Source: Octopus vulgaris
Taxonomy: Eukaryota
DNA: 64,000 nucleotides
Assembly: GCA_951406725.2 (NCBI GenBank)
Contig: OX597823.1
Span: 26,846,001 to 26,910,000 of the forward strand
Direction of reading: 5' to 3'
The position numbers and the translations under genes are program-made. Below are positions 13,944 through 29,669 of the stretch, piece after piece (position 1 is the stretch's first letter; each line of letters opens with the position of its first letter). The notes under the pieces are model-generated. The model saw only the letters and a program-made list of their open reading frames with translations, did not search any database and was not told where the DNA came from.

Positions 13944-15329
13944 CGTTTTTGATTTAAAGGTGCCTAAAGCAAGTAATTGTTTAAACAGCATGAGCAAAAT
14001 TCAATATTTGTGCTGAATCAGTGAAACGTGTTGATTCATTCGATTATTTCCAAGGGAAATATCTTTAGTTATTTGTTGGCCCAAAGCAAATAAATACGTC
14101 AAATGGTAGGATCTAAATTTTGCCCTAAGGTAGAAATACGTTGTATAACTTCATTGTCAATACTGTATTTTAGTATTGAGCCTCTCTGTAGATTTTTGCT
14201 AAGTACCGAACATTTGTCAGTGTTTACTGATATCATCAACGGCCTTTTTTGCGTTTATTTGTCTTAATTTTTACATTTACATGAATTTTGTACTTAAGAT
14301 GTGAATTACTTAAAGTTGGTTGCATTTCATTTACTTTATATCCTGAGCGTTGCTCAGCATCACCTTGTATCTGCTTTGGTGATATATTCAATTAAATATC
14401 ATTAAACTGCTTTGTATTCATGAATTTTAAATATATTATGAATTACCTTGATAAGCAGCAGTAGACTGCACGCAGCCTTAAAGCCACAGGTTCCCTATGT
14501 CTGGTCTGTGTTGTAGAGATATAAACGTTGACCTAGAGCTGCGGCACAATCTCAGCCATGCGATGTGAAATATTCCATATAAAATATGCTATTGTTATTG
14601 TTATTTACCTTCCTTCAAATCATCATTGTTTAGGCAGACCTATGATCAAAGATATCTAATCTATAGCCATCTCGCCTTTTATACTGCATCTAAGACTACA
14701 TTATCCAATGTATTCTATATATTTTAAAAAGACAGTACGCTGTGATATGTTGGCTTCTTGGGTGCAATGAGTAGCGCGTTGAGGGACCTCAGAGAAGCTC
14801 CTTCATTATCTTGCCATTTGCTTTTATATTTAGGTTTAAAAGAAGTGCTAAGTGTGCGAAGAATGTTCATAAATTTAGATAATTCTGTATGCCATAGGGA
14901 GATAAGGGATCTAATGCTTAAAGACTGTCCTTTCATTCGAGAGAAAACAATCTCTTTGAAACTGATGGTTTTCGTGTAGGAATAAATATTTTAAGAGAAG
15001 AGAATTAACTGGAGAGATTAACTTTGTGATGATGTAGAAAGTATGTTTAAGGAAGTTATAATAAATGAAAATTATTGTTTTTAAGAAAGTAAAGCAATGT
15101 ATTATTGAATGGTCACCTTATTCAAATTGGTCATCATAAACCGAATACTTTTGCATTGTTATCATAACCCTTCCCACCCCAAGGTAGCTTCTACCTAGTC
15201 ACTCATCATGCTGCAACAATTTACAGACAAATAAATCTTCCTCAACTTATACGCTACAGCTGAAAAAGTAAGATGTAATACATATATATATACACACACA
15301 TATATATATCACGGAACATTACTTATATA

Positions 15330-15367
<38 letters not shown>

Positions 15368-16023
15368 CAGATGGACAGACAGTCAGATAGATAGATCATA
15401 GCTGGAATATTGCTCACCACAGGCCTGCATCGATTTGGGTTGAATTGGTGTTGAACAACAACAGTTTCAACGATATTACTGCGAATTACAGAAGAGAAAG
15501 TATTATAAAATCATATTTTCTCAACTTTCAGATTCATCAAGCATAATTATTGTGATGTTCATTATCATTTGATTATAAATTCTGCTTATTTATTTTTGTT
15601 TTCGTCTTTGTCTATTAGTTGATCGATAACACCATCTAATGAACTGATATTTATCTTCCCGGCTTATAATATCTTGTACTTAAAGTACATTTCGGAGACA
15701 CTTGATCTTGTATATCTTGTATGTTAATTAATTTTCAAGCGAAGTTAATGACATTTCCGCATATTGTGAGATTCCGGTTTTGAAGTGCATTGTAAATGAA
15801 ATAGCAATTCTCTTATCAAGACACAGAACTATAAACTGGAAGCATTCCTAGATTATGTGTTATCTATTTCACCTAAGCAGTGAAATGAGAAATGAGAAAT
15901 CAGAGAATGAGAAATATGGATCTTCCCTTAAGCAGAACATCAGTTTATCACAGATGATATTCTCAGATATTTTTTTGGCACCTATTCTCAACAAACAGTC
16001 GAACAAATATAGATTGTAGTCGT

Positions 16024-16390
16024 GGCACTGCATCGGTTACGACAACGAGTGTTCCAGTTGGTTCGATCAACGGAACAGCCTGCTCGTGAAATGAACGTGC
16101 AAGGGGCTGAGCACTTCACAGACACGTGTACCCTTAACGTAGTTCTCGGGCAGATTCAGACAAAGTGACAAGACTAGTCCTTTGAAATACTGGTACTACA
16201 GAAACAGGAAGAAAGAGTGAGAGAAAGTTTTGGTGAAAGATTACAGCAGGGTTCGCCACCACCTCTGCCGGAGCCTTGTGGAGCATTCAGTGTATTCGTT
16301 CAATAGACACTCCCAACGACCTTGGGAATTGAAACTGCGATTTCACGACCGCGAGTCCGCTACTCTAACCACTGGGGCATTGCGTCTCAT
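16024..16390 (-). mobile_element. SINE family C (tRNA-derived head), near full length
   Basis: Reverse complement of the head gcaatgccccagtggttagagtagcggactcgcggtcg; homologous to 53481-53790. Confidence 0.85.
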
Positions 16391-16711
16391 AGATTGTAAT
16401 ACTCCGCACAGAAAAGATATTGTGAAGATGATGAACTAACGGGGGAGCTTCTCACAAGTTAATCACTTCCTAAAAACCGGTGGGCAAAATTTGATTACGG
16501 AACCTTGGAGAAATTATTCCTCAAAACATTACTGGATGGTCAGAAATAGAAAACATTTCAACATCGATCTACTAAAAAAAAACAACGATATAAACCAGAA
16601 AACAAAACCAAAACATGAAAAAAACCTCATCTGGCTAGGACGCCAGTTTCTTATGGGTAGATTCCTAAACAATCAAAATATTTACCGCTAATGCAATGGT
16701 CACAAAGTAGA

Positions 16712-17484
16712 TTGTCAATTCAAGCGCTACACGCCTTCTTTCAAAGCACTTCTGTAAACAGGGGAAGCGAGCTAAAACGTTCAAAAATGTGTGCGCATAC
16801 ACTGCAGAGTTCAAGGTCAATCTGTGCCAGACGGCTTTACTCTGCCTGGTTTAGTTTCGTTACTAAGGCAACAATCCGGACACTTATTGATCTGACCACG
16901 TACATACACATATGCATGTCTACGTATATTTATAAATATATACGTATATATATTCATGTATGCATATACATCGCACCACACCTAATTTCCCCGAGAAATA
17001 TAACTATATATTCGCTGAGATTTTACATCCCTCACTTTCCAGCGTAAACTGATCGCTTAAAGTTTAAACTATACAATGTTTGTTTCTCTCTAATTAAACT
17101 GATGTGAAATTAAATATTAATAGATATCAATAACAACCCAGTGTTCGAATATTTAGTGTTTAGAAAGAGAAGAATAAATCACACATTCGGTGGTTAACCA
17201 TTTAACAGTTGCAAGTTTAGAAATGATTAATTTTGAGGCGAAAAGCCACGAGCGAATGCATATATTAAAAATGAGGCGTTACCGATCGTACATAGAAGTC
17301 CATGATTGTCACGTGTTGGGCATGGCTGTGTGGTTAGGAAGTTTATTTTGCAACCACGTAGTTTCGAGTTCATTCCCATTGTGTAATACCTTGGGCAAGT
17401 GTCTGCTACTTTAAGCTCTGACCGACCAATGCCTTGAGAATGAATTCGGTAAATGGAAACTGCATGGAAACCCGTCGTATTATG

Positions 17485-17580
<96 letters not shown>

Positions 17581-18049
17581 TTTATAAAAATATGGTAAAG
17601 TAAAAGAACTTTTCAGAAATAGCAGCCAAAAACTTGGCTATTTCTTCAACTGCAAATAAAAGTCTCCAGACAATGCATACTCAGAAAAATAACTCACATA
17701 GGAATAAGGGAAAAACAATGAAAGATCACATCCATATACGATGTGATCTTTCATTGTTTTTCCCTTATTCCTATGTGAGTTATTTTTCTGAGTATGCATT
17801 GTCTGGAGACTTTTATTTGCAGTTGAAGAAATAGCCAAATTTTTGGCTGCTATTTCTGAAAAGTTCGGTGTGTGGTAAAGTGAATTCTTTTACTTTACCA
17901 TATTTTTATAAATTAATACTTCAAATATACCGTAAATGGTCTTTACATACCGAATACTGCTTGGTCGAATTTATTAATAATTAATTAATTCGACCCCCTT
18001 TTTTGATAACAATATATATATATATACATATACATACATATATATATAT

Positions 18050-18145
<96 letters not shown>

Positions 18146-18282
18146 CGCAGGCGTGGCTGTGTGGTAAATAGCTTGCTTACCAACCGCATGGTTCCAGGTT
18201 CAGTGTCACTGCTTGGCATCGAGCCAACCTAACCCTTGTGAGTGGATTTGATAGACGGAAACTGAAAGAAACCCGTCGCGTC

Positions 18283-18339
<57 letters not shown>

Positions 18340-18903
18340 CTACCAGCTAAGCCCGGTTTCACCATTTATGTTTGGATGATATGTCTGTGATCGTTTTCGG
18401 TAAGGCATAATCTATAACAGCGTTTCCCAACCTTATCATTTCGGTTCCCCTGTTTTAATTGGAGCCTCCAGCTGTATGAAAATTTCCTGACTCCACTCCC
18501 TTGTCAGAAAACAGCCCCAGGAGTTGTGAAGAACGAATTTGCACGTAGTTTGTTTCTGAGAGCTATTCTATTGGACCTCTGTCTAATCATTTAAAACATT
18601 GATTTAATTATGAACATAGAACGACATTATACATTAATCGCTATTTTTGTAAGCAGTTGTATCCGTAAAAATTTTATTTGCCGGGAGCAGAAATGTAAAG
18701 AAGATATATGAAATGGATTTCTGTGTGGGTGTGTGTGTGCGTGCGCGTGTGTATGTGAGAGAGAAAGAGTGAGAGAAAGAGAGATAGAGTGAGTGAATGA
18801 AAGTGTGTGTCGTGATGATTGACGTCTTTTAAGGTACACACACATACATAGAAAATGTGAGGTCATCGGGTAAAATTTTTACGATAGTTGATTTATGGAA
18901 AAG
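16712..18903 (+). repeat. Local segmental duplication, copy A
   Basis: 16712-17485 matches 19948-20690, 18235-18380 matches 20790-20995, and 18655-18903 matches 21000-21282. Confidence 0.88.
17575..17918. repeat. Near-perfect palindrome (fold-back element)
   Basis: Arms 17606-17732 and 17740-17866 (127 bp, one mismatch seen, 7-nt loop), plus outer ~34-bp arms offset by a short insertion. Confidence 0.95.
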
Positions 18904-19947
18904 GTTATGTTAAATTTTTGAAATGCAAATATTTGAATGAAAACAAAAGTCAAACCTCTACATGATAGCTGGAGCTGGTAGAAATAGCAGTCAACTCTCC
19001 CTCAAAACACCCTATTGTCTTAATCCAACAATTCTGCCTATTATGTAGTTCGAATGAGAAACTGTAACTAAATATTAAGATTATTAACCCCACAAAAAGG
19101 TGAAAGAAGGGAAACAGCATAGCGAATGCTTTGGCTGACTGTCATCCTGTACCCACCTTGTTGCTAGCGAAATGGTATATGCCGGTTATGTGAGCAACTG
19201 GTTGTTTTAAAGGCAGAACAAACAGTGGAATTATATTAGAAAATGTTTTAATTGATATTCTCGGTATCTATGGGGACTAGGGAAAAAAATACAAACTGCA
19301 GCACAATCTATGCACCAGTCTCCATCTGTGTGCCATTTTCACGCGAATTCACTCAGCCGTTTGGCTGAGAATCTCAAGACAACAAAGAATACAACGATCA
19401 TCCATTTCCAATTCATATAATATATCAATCTATATATATATATATATATATATATTGATAAAAACGGTAAGATATCAAAAGAAAGAGACCTCGATATTAT
19501 GTAAATAGAGGAATTTATACATTTGGCGAAGGTTGTACGAATGGTTCAGACATTTCCAAAATGGCTGAAAAAATGAAGATATTGACGAACGTTCTGGGAG
19601 ACTCACAACCAGCAGAAGTGAGAAAAACATTGCAGGAGTGAGCACAGCTGTGAGGGAAAAATCGTCGAATCACCATCCGTGACTTATCAGAGGATGTGCA
19701 CATTAGTTACGGTTCACTTTAGTCCATTATCACTGAAGATTTGGGTATGAAACGCGTTTCTGCCACGTTTGTGCCCAAACTGTTTTCAGCTGAGCAAAAA
19801 AACACTCAGGTTTCAGTTGCACAAGATCTCCTTGATTGTCTCGAGAGTGATGAAAACCATTTGAAAACTTTGTGTAGGCCTCTGAGCAGGTATCACCAGG
19901 CTTTAGGCAAAATTTTATGCAGATTCTCTGCTCAACTTTCTATGTCA

Positions 19948-21282
<1,335 letters not shown>

Positions 21283-21879
21283 TTAAGTGTTTGTACCCCA
21301 CCATCACTTGACAAACGATGCTGATGTGTTTACGTTCCCGTAACTTAGCGGTTCGGCAAAGAGACCCATAGAATAAGCAGTAGGCTTACAAAGAGCAAGT
21401 TCTGGGGTCGATTTTTTTGACTATAGGCGGTGCTCCAGCATGGCCAGAGTGAAATGACTGAATCTAATAACAGAATAAAAGAATATATATGTATATATTT
21501 CTTTGCGAATGTTCACCCACCGCTTTATAATCGATGTTCATTCGTTCACGTTTAGGTAAGAGAGCAATTCTGGGAAAAAATACTGACAGAGACTTAAGAA
21601 AAACAAAACAGCCTAAGTTCTACGATTGAATTGTTCGACTAAACCTTTCAAGACGGTGCACCAGCATAGCCACCGCACTCTAATGACTGAAACAAATAAA
21701 AGTTAAACATATAAAATAGCGTATATAGGGTGCGTAACGTATTTGAGGATAATTTTTTTTTCCTTTGCAAAAACATAGAACGTCTTCTCTTTCGAGTGGG
21801 CTTGTAGCGTTACTATTGCGTAAGTTGGCTGTCTCTGTCTCTGCTTTGGTCCAGCTTCTTTGTAAAAAGTGCGCAGCTG

Positions 21880-23531
21880 AAGAACATGCGGCCACGGTCA
21901 TGCTGGAGCACCACTATGGTCTTTCTGACTTTCTCAGACTGGGTGTTCCACATCACCACTCCTGTATGTGCCTTTGTCGCAGCTGTTGGTACATTTAGTG
22001 TATAATGGAGTTTGATGTCGCTGCCCCTGTCTGTACCTCATATCTGGCTGTTGGTCTATCTGGTATTCTGGAGAGGAAGACATCTTCTTCCACCTTATGC
22101 AAATTTCTTAATTTTTGTGGCAGGGCATTGAAGAGTTGTGGGCCTTTGAACCCTAGACTATTGCAATACCTCGTCTTAAATTTAAATGGAGTGGATGGTA
22201 CCTTTGGTACAAAACAATGGCGGCCATTTCTGGCATTTGTATAACGCTCAGTGCCAAAGTTAGGTACTAACCCTTCTAGGATTTTCCATATGTATATTAC
22301 TGTATATCTCTCACGCCTTCGTTCAAGGGAGTAAAGCAGTAGTTTTCTCAATCTATCTTTGTAACTCATCCGCTGCACTATTTCAATATTTTTAGTGTAG
22401 TGACGTTGGACTGCTTCTAGCTCCGCTGTCAGTTTGGCACTATGTGGTGACTATAACTGGGAGCAGTAGTTCAGGCGGCTGAGAACAAAGTTTCTCCACC
22501 GGGTCAACATGGTTTCTTGGTGTCTTGTCTTGAAGGACCTCATTATCCATCCTACCAGTTGTCTGCACTTTGCTGCCATCTTGCTTATGTGCATATGAAA
22601 TGATGCGTCATTGCACATACTGATCCCCAAGTCTTTCACTGCCTGTGAGTCTGGGATCCAAGTGTCTTTGGGTCCTGTAAATGTAGATTGTACTCTATTT
22701 GTGAGTTGATAGTGCAGTGCTTGAAATTATCTAGCATTAAACTGCATGTTGTTTATTTCAGTCCACTTGTATATTGAGTTTATGTCCCACTGGAAGCTTG
22801 TGACATCATCTTGCTTTTTATTGCTTGTGATAATTTTTTATCACCGACATAGCTATTAACAGTGGCTGTCCGAGTGACTATGGGCAAGTCTAAGAGGGGC
22901 TGTTATGAACAGTAATGTCCCCAGAACAGTTTCCTGGGGGACACCACTTAGGATATGAGTTTCCTCAAAAGGAGTGCCATTGGCTGCAACTACCTGACTT
23001 CTGTTTTTAAGGAAGTCATGCAGCCACTCTCCCAATTTACCTGCGATGCCAAGGTCTCGTACATTATGACTTATCATGCCATGATCTACCTTAACAAATT
23101 CCTTTGCGAAGTCAAGGTATATCCCACTGACATCTGAATGCTGAAGCAGCTGTTTCAAAATCCAATCAGTGCTGTAGGAGCTGTGTGAGGCAGCTTCTTC
23201 TTGGACGGAAGCTATGCTGAGTATTGTTCAGTCGGTAATCTTCTTACAGGAGCATTATAAACTTGTTTGTGATGATTCACTCCATGACTTTACTGATACA
23301 GGAAGTCAGAGAGACTGGCCTGTAGTTTTTGGCCTCTGCTTTGCTTCCACCTTTGTGGATAGGGCATATAATAACTTCTTTCAGCTTTTTAGGAATATAC
23401 CACTTGCAAGGAAACTTCGGAAAAATATCTGAAGTGGTTTCGCTAAAGCATGGTTATATGATTTTAGGAGAATAGCTGGAAAGCCATCAAGACCAGTGGC
23501 GGAGCATGAACTCATTTCCTCTATGGCACTG
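21880..23531 (-). pseudogene. Old, degraded CR1-group LINE (RT region to 3' end), related to the 29.9-35.4 kb element
   Basis: Fragments ATGLDGFPAILLK, YLDFAKEFVKVDHG, SGVPQETVLG, LYSLERRRERY and AATSNSIIH, with many stops and frameshifts. The 3' motif gtggtgctccagcatg is at ~21900. Confidence 0.9.
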
Positions 23532-23700
23532 ATACATAAACCGAACTCAATTGTCAGGATCGCTTTGCAATGGGTTCCACAAGGTAAAAGAAGACGTGGC
23601 TGACCAAAGGAAATGTGACGAAGAATAATAACAAAAGAATTTAGAAACAGAAAGTTAACAATGGAACGAGCTGTCTGCTGTCGTCTCAAGTTCCACATGA
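23532..23700 (+). mobile_element. RTE-clade LINE 3' fragment
   Basis: Plus strand reads NSIVRIALQWVPQGKRRRG*PKEM*RR, matching the RTE ALxWxPxGKRxRGRPKxTWRR motif. Confidence 0.65.
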
Positions 23701-24187
23701 ATGTAAAAATGTAAACAGTGGTTTATGGTTATTGCAGCTGCCATCTGACTCCTAGTTATTCGAATTCCTGATATTTACTGACTTTTGCTTAAAGCTTGTC
23801 TGATTAGAATTGAATTAACATACGAATATCTAAGATTAGATAATTAAACCGATGTGTTATAATGTATATACGAACGGGGAGCGGGTTAGGGTGCAACATT
23901 TTGTTCAAAAGAAAACGTATTTCGACTTAATATTTTCTCAAGTGCCAATAGTTATTTAATTTTAGTCTGGCTGGCTTACATACAAATTAGTAAATTGTTT
24001 TGTTTACCGATTTGTATATCAGAATAAGTATTTTTCGGCTAAACTCAAATATATGTGGGGATGTTCGTCACCAAGGTGACCAAACTAATATCTAAACGTC
24101 GTGTCTGGCGAGAACTTTCTCCAACATAAAATATATCACAGCTAGTGTCGCTTCTCGTTTGATTACACATTATGAATGTAATACACT

Positions 24188-24188
<1 letters not shown>

Positions 24189-24262
<74 letters not shown>

Positions 24263-24290
24263 GTGTGTGTGTGTGTGTCTGTCTGTCTGC

Positions 24291-24380
<90 letters not shown>

Positions 24381-24408
24381 GTGTGTGTGTGTGTGTCTGT
24401 CTGTCTGC

Positions 24409-24487
<79 letters not shown>
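24189..24487. repeat. (TATC)n with (TG)n/(TCTG)n interruptions forming a higher-order unit
   Basis: Seen directly. Confidence 0.95.
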
Positions 24488-24488
<1 letters not shown>

Positions 24489-24963
24489 GAAGAGGAAAGG
24501 GAGAGTAGAGAAACAAGCTTTGTCTAGTGAATGTTTTAAAAAAGATGGGTGAATGTAGCAAGGATGGCACGTATGAATGACGAAGCCACCTTGACTATGA
24601 TCCTATGAACCGTAAAAATTAATACAAAGAGTTGCTTATTTGTATAAGAATATAACATGTGACTTCATTGACCGAGGTTACCGTGGTCTTTTCCGTAGGC
24701 TTTTCTTTCCACGGGTAAACCTCACCTGTCCTCCCCTTTACACTTTATATTGACATTTCTGTGATAACGATCCCTATTGATCGATTTTTTCTTTTTCCTT
24801 TTATTTTTATCCCCCCTCCTTTTTTTTTTGCTTTCCTCTTTCTTTCCTTTTACGATCCATTTTGATCGAAAGCCAGAACCCCTTTTTTTATCCCCAAAAA
24901 GAAAAGCTCTACCTTGTAATTTGTCCCGTCTGTGTGCAGCCCTGTGTGGCTAATAAAGAAACA
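24488..24963 (+). mobile_element. Probable L1/Tx1-like LINE 3' end inserted in (TATC)n
   Basis: A short C-terminal coding remnant ([27 protein letters not shown]), a pyrimidine-rich 3' UTR and a terminal aataaa, with TATC repeats on both sides. Confidence 0.45.
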
Positions 24964-25040
24964 TATCTATCTATCTATCTATCTATCTATCATCTATCTA
25001 TCTATCTGTGTGTCGGCCTGTCTGTCTGTGTGTCTGCTTG

Positions 25041-25165
<125 letters not shown>

Positions 25166-25611
25166 TTCTCTCTCTCTCTCTTTCCGTCTATATCTAAAAT
25201 CATGTGTACATGGACATATATAATCTAGTGATGCAGCGTTTGTTCGCATTAACATTCATAAAAAAGAAAAATATTTTCGCTTTTATAATATTCTTGCATA
25301 TATTTTCTGTTACTGCTAAGCTGAAAGGGGCAAGAATACGAGGGAAAAAAATTCGAAATGCAATCGAATATAGAGAATATAAGGAGATGGGTATGGCGGT
25401 TTACTTAAATAAAAACAGACGTAGCTGAATCGGAAATATTTTATAATTATGATTGGTCTAGTGTAAAACAGCAAAATTTAAGAAGAATTATTTACATTTT
25501 CATATTAACAGTTTCCTGAAATATTGCTTGGAGAATGAAACAGTTTAGATGAAGGTTTAGATATGTGTTTGTAAATACGCGGGTACGTTTGTTTGTTTGT
25601 ATTTATGTATG

Positions 25612-25722
25612 TCATTATTCAGTTTATTTCAAGATTTCTTGCCAATAGTGAAAGAACCGGTTTCTAACCTAGATCCAAGGTTCCTTCGTTGGAATTTCAA
25701 CATCAAGAACAGGGCATTTTTG
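25612..25722 (+). repeat. Short dispersed repeat associated with (TATG)n
   Basis: An inverted homologous copy lies at ~60695-60810. Confidence 0.75.
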
Positions 25723-26459
25723 TGTGTTCGTATGTATGCATGCATGTATGTATGTATGTATGTATGTATGTATGTATGTATGTATGTATGCATGCATGCA
25801 TGCATGCATGCATGTATGTATGTATGTATGTATGTATGTATGTACGTGTGTATGTATGTGTGTGTGTATTTATGTATGTGCTTGTATCTTGGTATGTATG
25901 AAATTATTTACGCTTGTGTATATTGTATTTCTGCGTGTATGAATATGTATTTACATGCATGTGTATCTATCTGCGTATGTAAGAATTCGTGATGTACATG
26001 CGTGTACAGATGTGTGTATGCATTCATGTATGACTGTATGTATGTACTTGCGCGCGAGTTTATATATTTATGTATAGAATGCATAATTTACGCATGGTTG
26101 CATTTACACACGTGTGTTTGTATGTTTGCACTTTGAAGTATATACATATATACATATGCTCTCCACACACACACACACACACATATATATATGTACATAT
26201 ATATATACTCACATACACACACATACACACACGCATGCACGTATGTATGAATGTTATATAGATAAATGTACTTATACATGTTTGTAAGTTTATTGAAATG
26301 TGTGCATATATATATATAAGTGTATATATATATATATTTCGATTTTGGATTTGGTTTGCAAGATTCTTTATGTGAGTTCATTTATTGAAGCATATTCTGT
26401 TGTGTCTGGGGAGAGTCATTCTCTTTTAGTGCCTTATAGTTTATAATTCTTTAAATCTG

Positions 26460-26645
26460 TAACTAGTCTCAGTCGCGGCTATACTGGAGCACCAGCGTTA
26501 GCTTTCCGGCACCTTCAATAATTGAAACCTTCATTCATGTGGCATTTGGTGAATGAGGGAGTTTGATGCTGCTGCTGCCATCTTCTGCGTTTCTGGTGTG
26601 AGATAGGTTCATCGTGAACTCTTGGTCGGAGGAGATTCAGATTTG
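26460..26645 (-). mobile_element. 3' terminal fragment of a CR1-group LINE
   Basis: Minus strand gives DEPIS.. and AAASNSLIHQM, followed by the 3' motif ggtgctccagtatagccgc. Confidence 0.7.
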
Positions 26646-26676
26646 TTTTGAAGACGCCTACCCCCACCCCACATAT

Positions 26677-26692
26677 AATAATAATAATAATG

Positions 26693-26763
<71 letters not shown>
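26677..26763. repeat. (AAT)n microsatellite
   Basis: Seen directly. Confidence 0.95.
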
Positions 26764-26764
<1 letters not shown>

Positions 26765-26842
26765 GTAGTAGAAATAGTAGTAGGGAGTATAATTCCAAAC
26801 TTACAGGGAACAATTCAATTTAGCAATTCTAACTCAAATTTC

Positions 26843-26886
<44 letters not shown>

Positions 26887-26887
26887 A

Positions 26888-27080
26888 TTGAGAGAAATAA
26901 CCTCTATTAACTAATTCAATAATGAAAGACATTATCTATATTATATAGAAAAAATTTAAATATACTATAATAAATATTATTTTTTGAATAATATTTATTA
27001 TAGTATATTTAATTTTTCTATAAAATATAGATAATGTCTTTCACTATTGGATTACTTAATAGAGGTTATTTCTCTTAAAT
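26888..27080. repeat. AT-rich fold-back inverted repeat related to the outer arms of the 8.2-8.8 kb element
   Basis: Arms of ~90 bp (gagaaataacctctattaa... / ...ttaatagaggttatttctc) centred near 26984. Confidence 0.85.
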
Positions 27081-27099
27081 ATATACATATTATATATAT

Positions 27100-27130
<31 letters not shown>

Positions 27131-27134
27131 CACA

Positions 27135-27266
<132 letters not shown>

Positions 27267-27399
27267 TAGTCAATTGAAATAAACGAATTAAAAATGAAAA
27301 ACCCGAGAAATGAACGAAAAATAACGGTACATAAAAAACAAATGTCAGTATTTACATTTTTAAAAATAAATCGAGTGTTCAGAATCATCTGCATCATGT

Positions 27400-28139
27400 T
27401 GGTTACGTCAGCAAGCTCGATGTTTGGGTCCCACATAAACTGAATGAATTTAGCCACGTATAACAAATTTCCATGTATATTCGTTGCAATAGCTCGAAGA
27501 AAACAATCCTTTTTTGAAGAGAACATTGACAGGGAACAAACAAAAATGTATCGTTAATAGAAACGTGAAAGGTGAACGATCGTCAGAGAAGCGCGGCGAA
27601 CCCCCCAAAACAACCTCCAAAGCAGGACTTCACACGAAGAAGTTGATGGTTTTAGTTTGGTGGGATTCGAAGGGTGTTGTCTTTTGCGAGCTTCTCCCAC
27701 GACTACGACAATCAGGTCGGATGAGTCCCGTGATCAGCTGGACGTCAATGCAGCGATCCACCATAAGCGTTCTTTCATCACGACGATGTCACATTGCTCA
27801 CTTCTTTCCAGATGTGTCAGCAATTGCTGGGCTTGTCTAGGAAGTTTTGCTGCACCTTCCATATTCGCCCGGAACTTGCGCCTTCAGATTTCCACCATTT
27901 TTTCAACAGTTATTTAATGAACAGACCTTCATCTCTTAATCGGATATAAAAATTCACCTGGAATATTTCTTCGTCAGTAAAGACAGAAAATTCTTTGAGC
28001 AGGGGATAATGGATCTGCTCATTAGATAGCAGAAGATACAGCAACAAAACTGCAATTATATCATTGATAGACTAGGCTTTGTATTTAAAACTTGTGCCTT
28101 ATTTTCGCTTAAGAAACGGACTTTTTGATCATCCCAATA
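27400..28139 (+). pseudogene. Degenerate mariner transposase 3' part with right TIR
   Basis: [45 protein letters not shown] and an HxPYSPxLAPSDFH-like motif. It ends in ggactttttgatcatcccaa-ta. Confidence 0.85.
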
Positions 28140-28407
28140 TATATCTATATTGTAAAGGCGCATACCTTGATCATAGGACGTTGCACTCTCGGTCCTTCAA
28201 CCAGACGCTTGACCAGATTGCTTGATCAGATTCTACAGGAGAGTGTTCGTAGTTCTGATTCCGAGACATATGTATTGTTCTCACGTGGTTCTAATCTATT
28301 CAACTATAATTGGTAACTTAGCGTCGGACCGGCATCCCGTTCAAAATGGATGTGGGCCTGCCTGCCTACCATTTCTTTGAGTGTTGCAACAAAGTGCTAT
28401 ATATATG

Positions 28408-28452
<45 letters not shown>

Positions 28453-28769
28453 CACCTGAAGTAATGAATCCATGAAGATGATCTACTCGATGCCCACGGA
28501 TATTACAGACTACACTGTAATCATCTCAGGAATACGGACTGAGATCTTAAGAGACATGAGATTTGTGGAAACACGCGTAATATTATTGTTATTATTACTG
28601 GAGTATTGTTATTATTACTGTATTTATCCTACATTATAGCGGTACAGCTTGATGCGAACTCCAAAACTGGTTCACCAGCCACCATCATTAGACCGTGACG
28701 GACATGATGGGATAGAAGCTTTATTGGCAAATTCAAAAAACGTTTCCCGTAAAAAAAAATTAAAAGATA

Positions 28770-29350
28770 TAGAGCGTCGCCTAAACATCTTTCACCTGCG
28801 CTGCCTCCGGAAAATCCTTCGCATCAAATGGCAGAATCATATCCTCAACAAAGATGTCCTCAAGCAAGCAGGAATACCAAGCATGTTTGCACTCCTCACG
28901 TAAAGACGTATGAGATGGTGTATGGCTGGCAGAATCCCCAAGGACATACTCTACGGAGAGCTTGCCAGGGGTACTAGGTCTGTGAGAAAACCGTTCTTAC
29001 GTTACAAGGATGTTTGCAAAAGTGACATGAAGGCTTGCAACATCAATATTAGCAATTGGGAAGCAGTTGCCAGCAACCGTGGAGATTGGCGACGAACCGT
29101 AAAAGAGGGAATACAAAGGAGTGACAGAAAGAGAGAGGAGAAATGGAAAGACAAGAAAAGACGTCAACAAGAAACTATGACATTACAACCAGCCAGGAAC
29201 AGTCTTCGCTACATTTGCGGTACCTGCCAGAGGGAGTGTTTGTCCAGGATAGGACTACACAGCCACAGCAGGAAATGTAAAAGCTGGACTAGACTATTTT
29301 ATGCGCAACTCCATTGACTCCCGAGACAAGAAGGATGCCAACCCAACCCA
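28770..29350 (+). mobile_element. RTE-clade (BovB-like) LINE 3' fragment with C-terminal C2H2 zinc finger
   Basis: ERRLNIFHLRCLRKILRIKWQ, GRIPKDILYGEL, LRYKDVCKSDMK and CGTCQRECLSRIGLHSHSRKC, followed by a short 3' tail and (TA)n. Confidence 0.9.
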
Positions 29351-29612
29351 ATATATATATATATATATATAATCATAACAAAGGGTACTTGGAAAAAGTA
29401 CCAACATGTGCTAGAAATAGAAGCCCAAAAGACTCTAAACGACTTATTTCACTTATTTCACCTCTTTTGCACAGGTGAATGCGAGGAAATGCACAAAGTA
29501 AATTTAGCCCATCTTTAATGGATAAACAGATAATCACATATCGAACGATTTCAGTCTCTGTAATGTATATTTAGCTATCGTCAGTGAGATTCACCGTATC
29601 AGTACATATACG

Positions 29613-29664
<52 letters not shown>

Positions 29665-29669
29665 ATACT

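Noticed and set aside
14724-14979. Overlapping 70-73 aa ORFs on both strands
   Set aside because: No recognisable domain or splice signals, so a gene call cannot be supported.
17634-17838. Two near-identical 66-aa ORFs on opposite strands
   Set aside because: They are a by-product of the DNA palindrome, start at TTG, and show no protein features.
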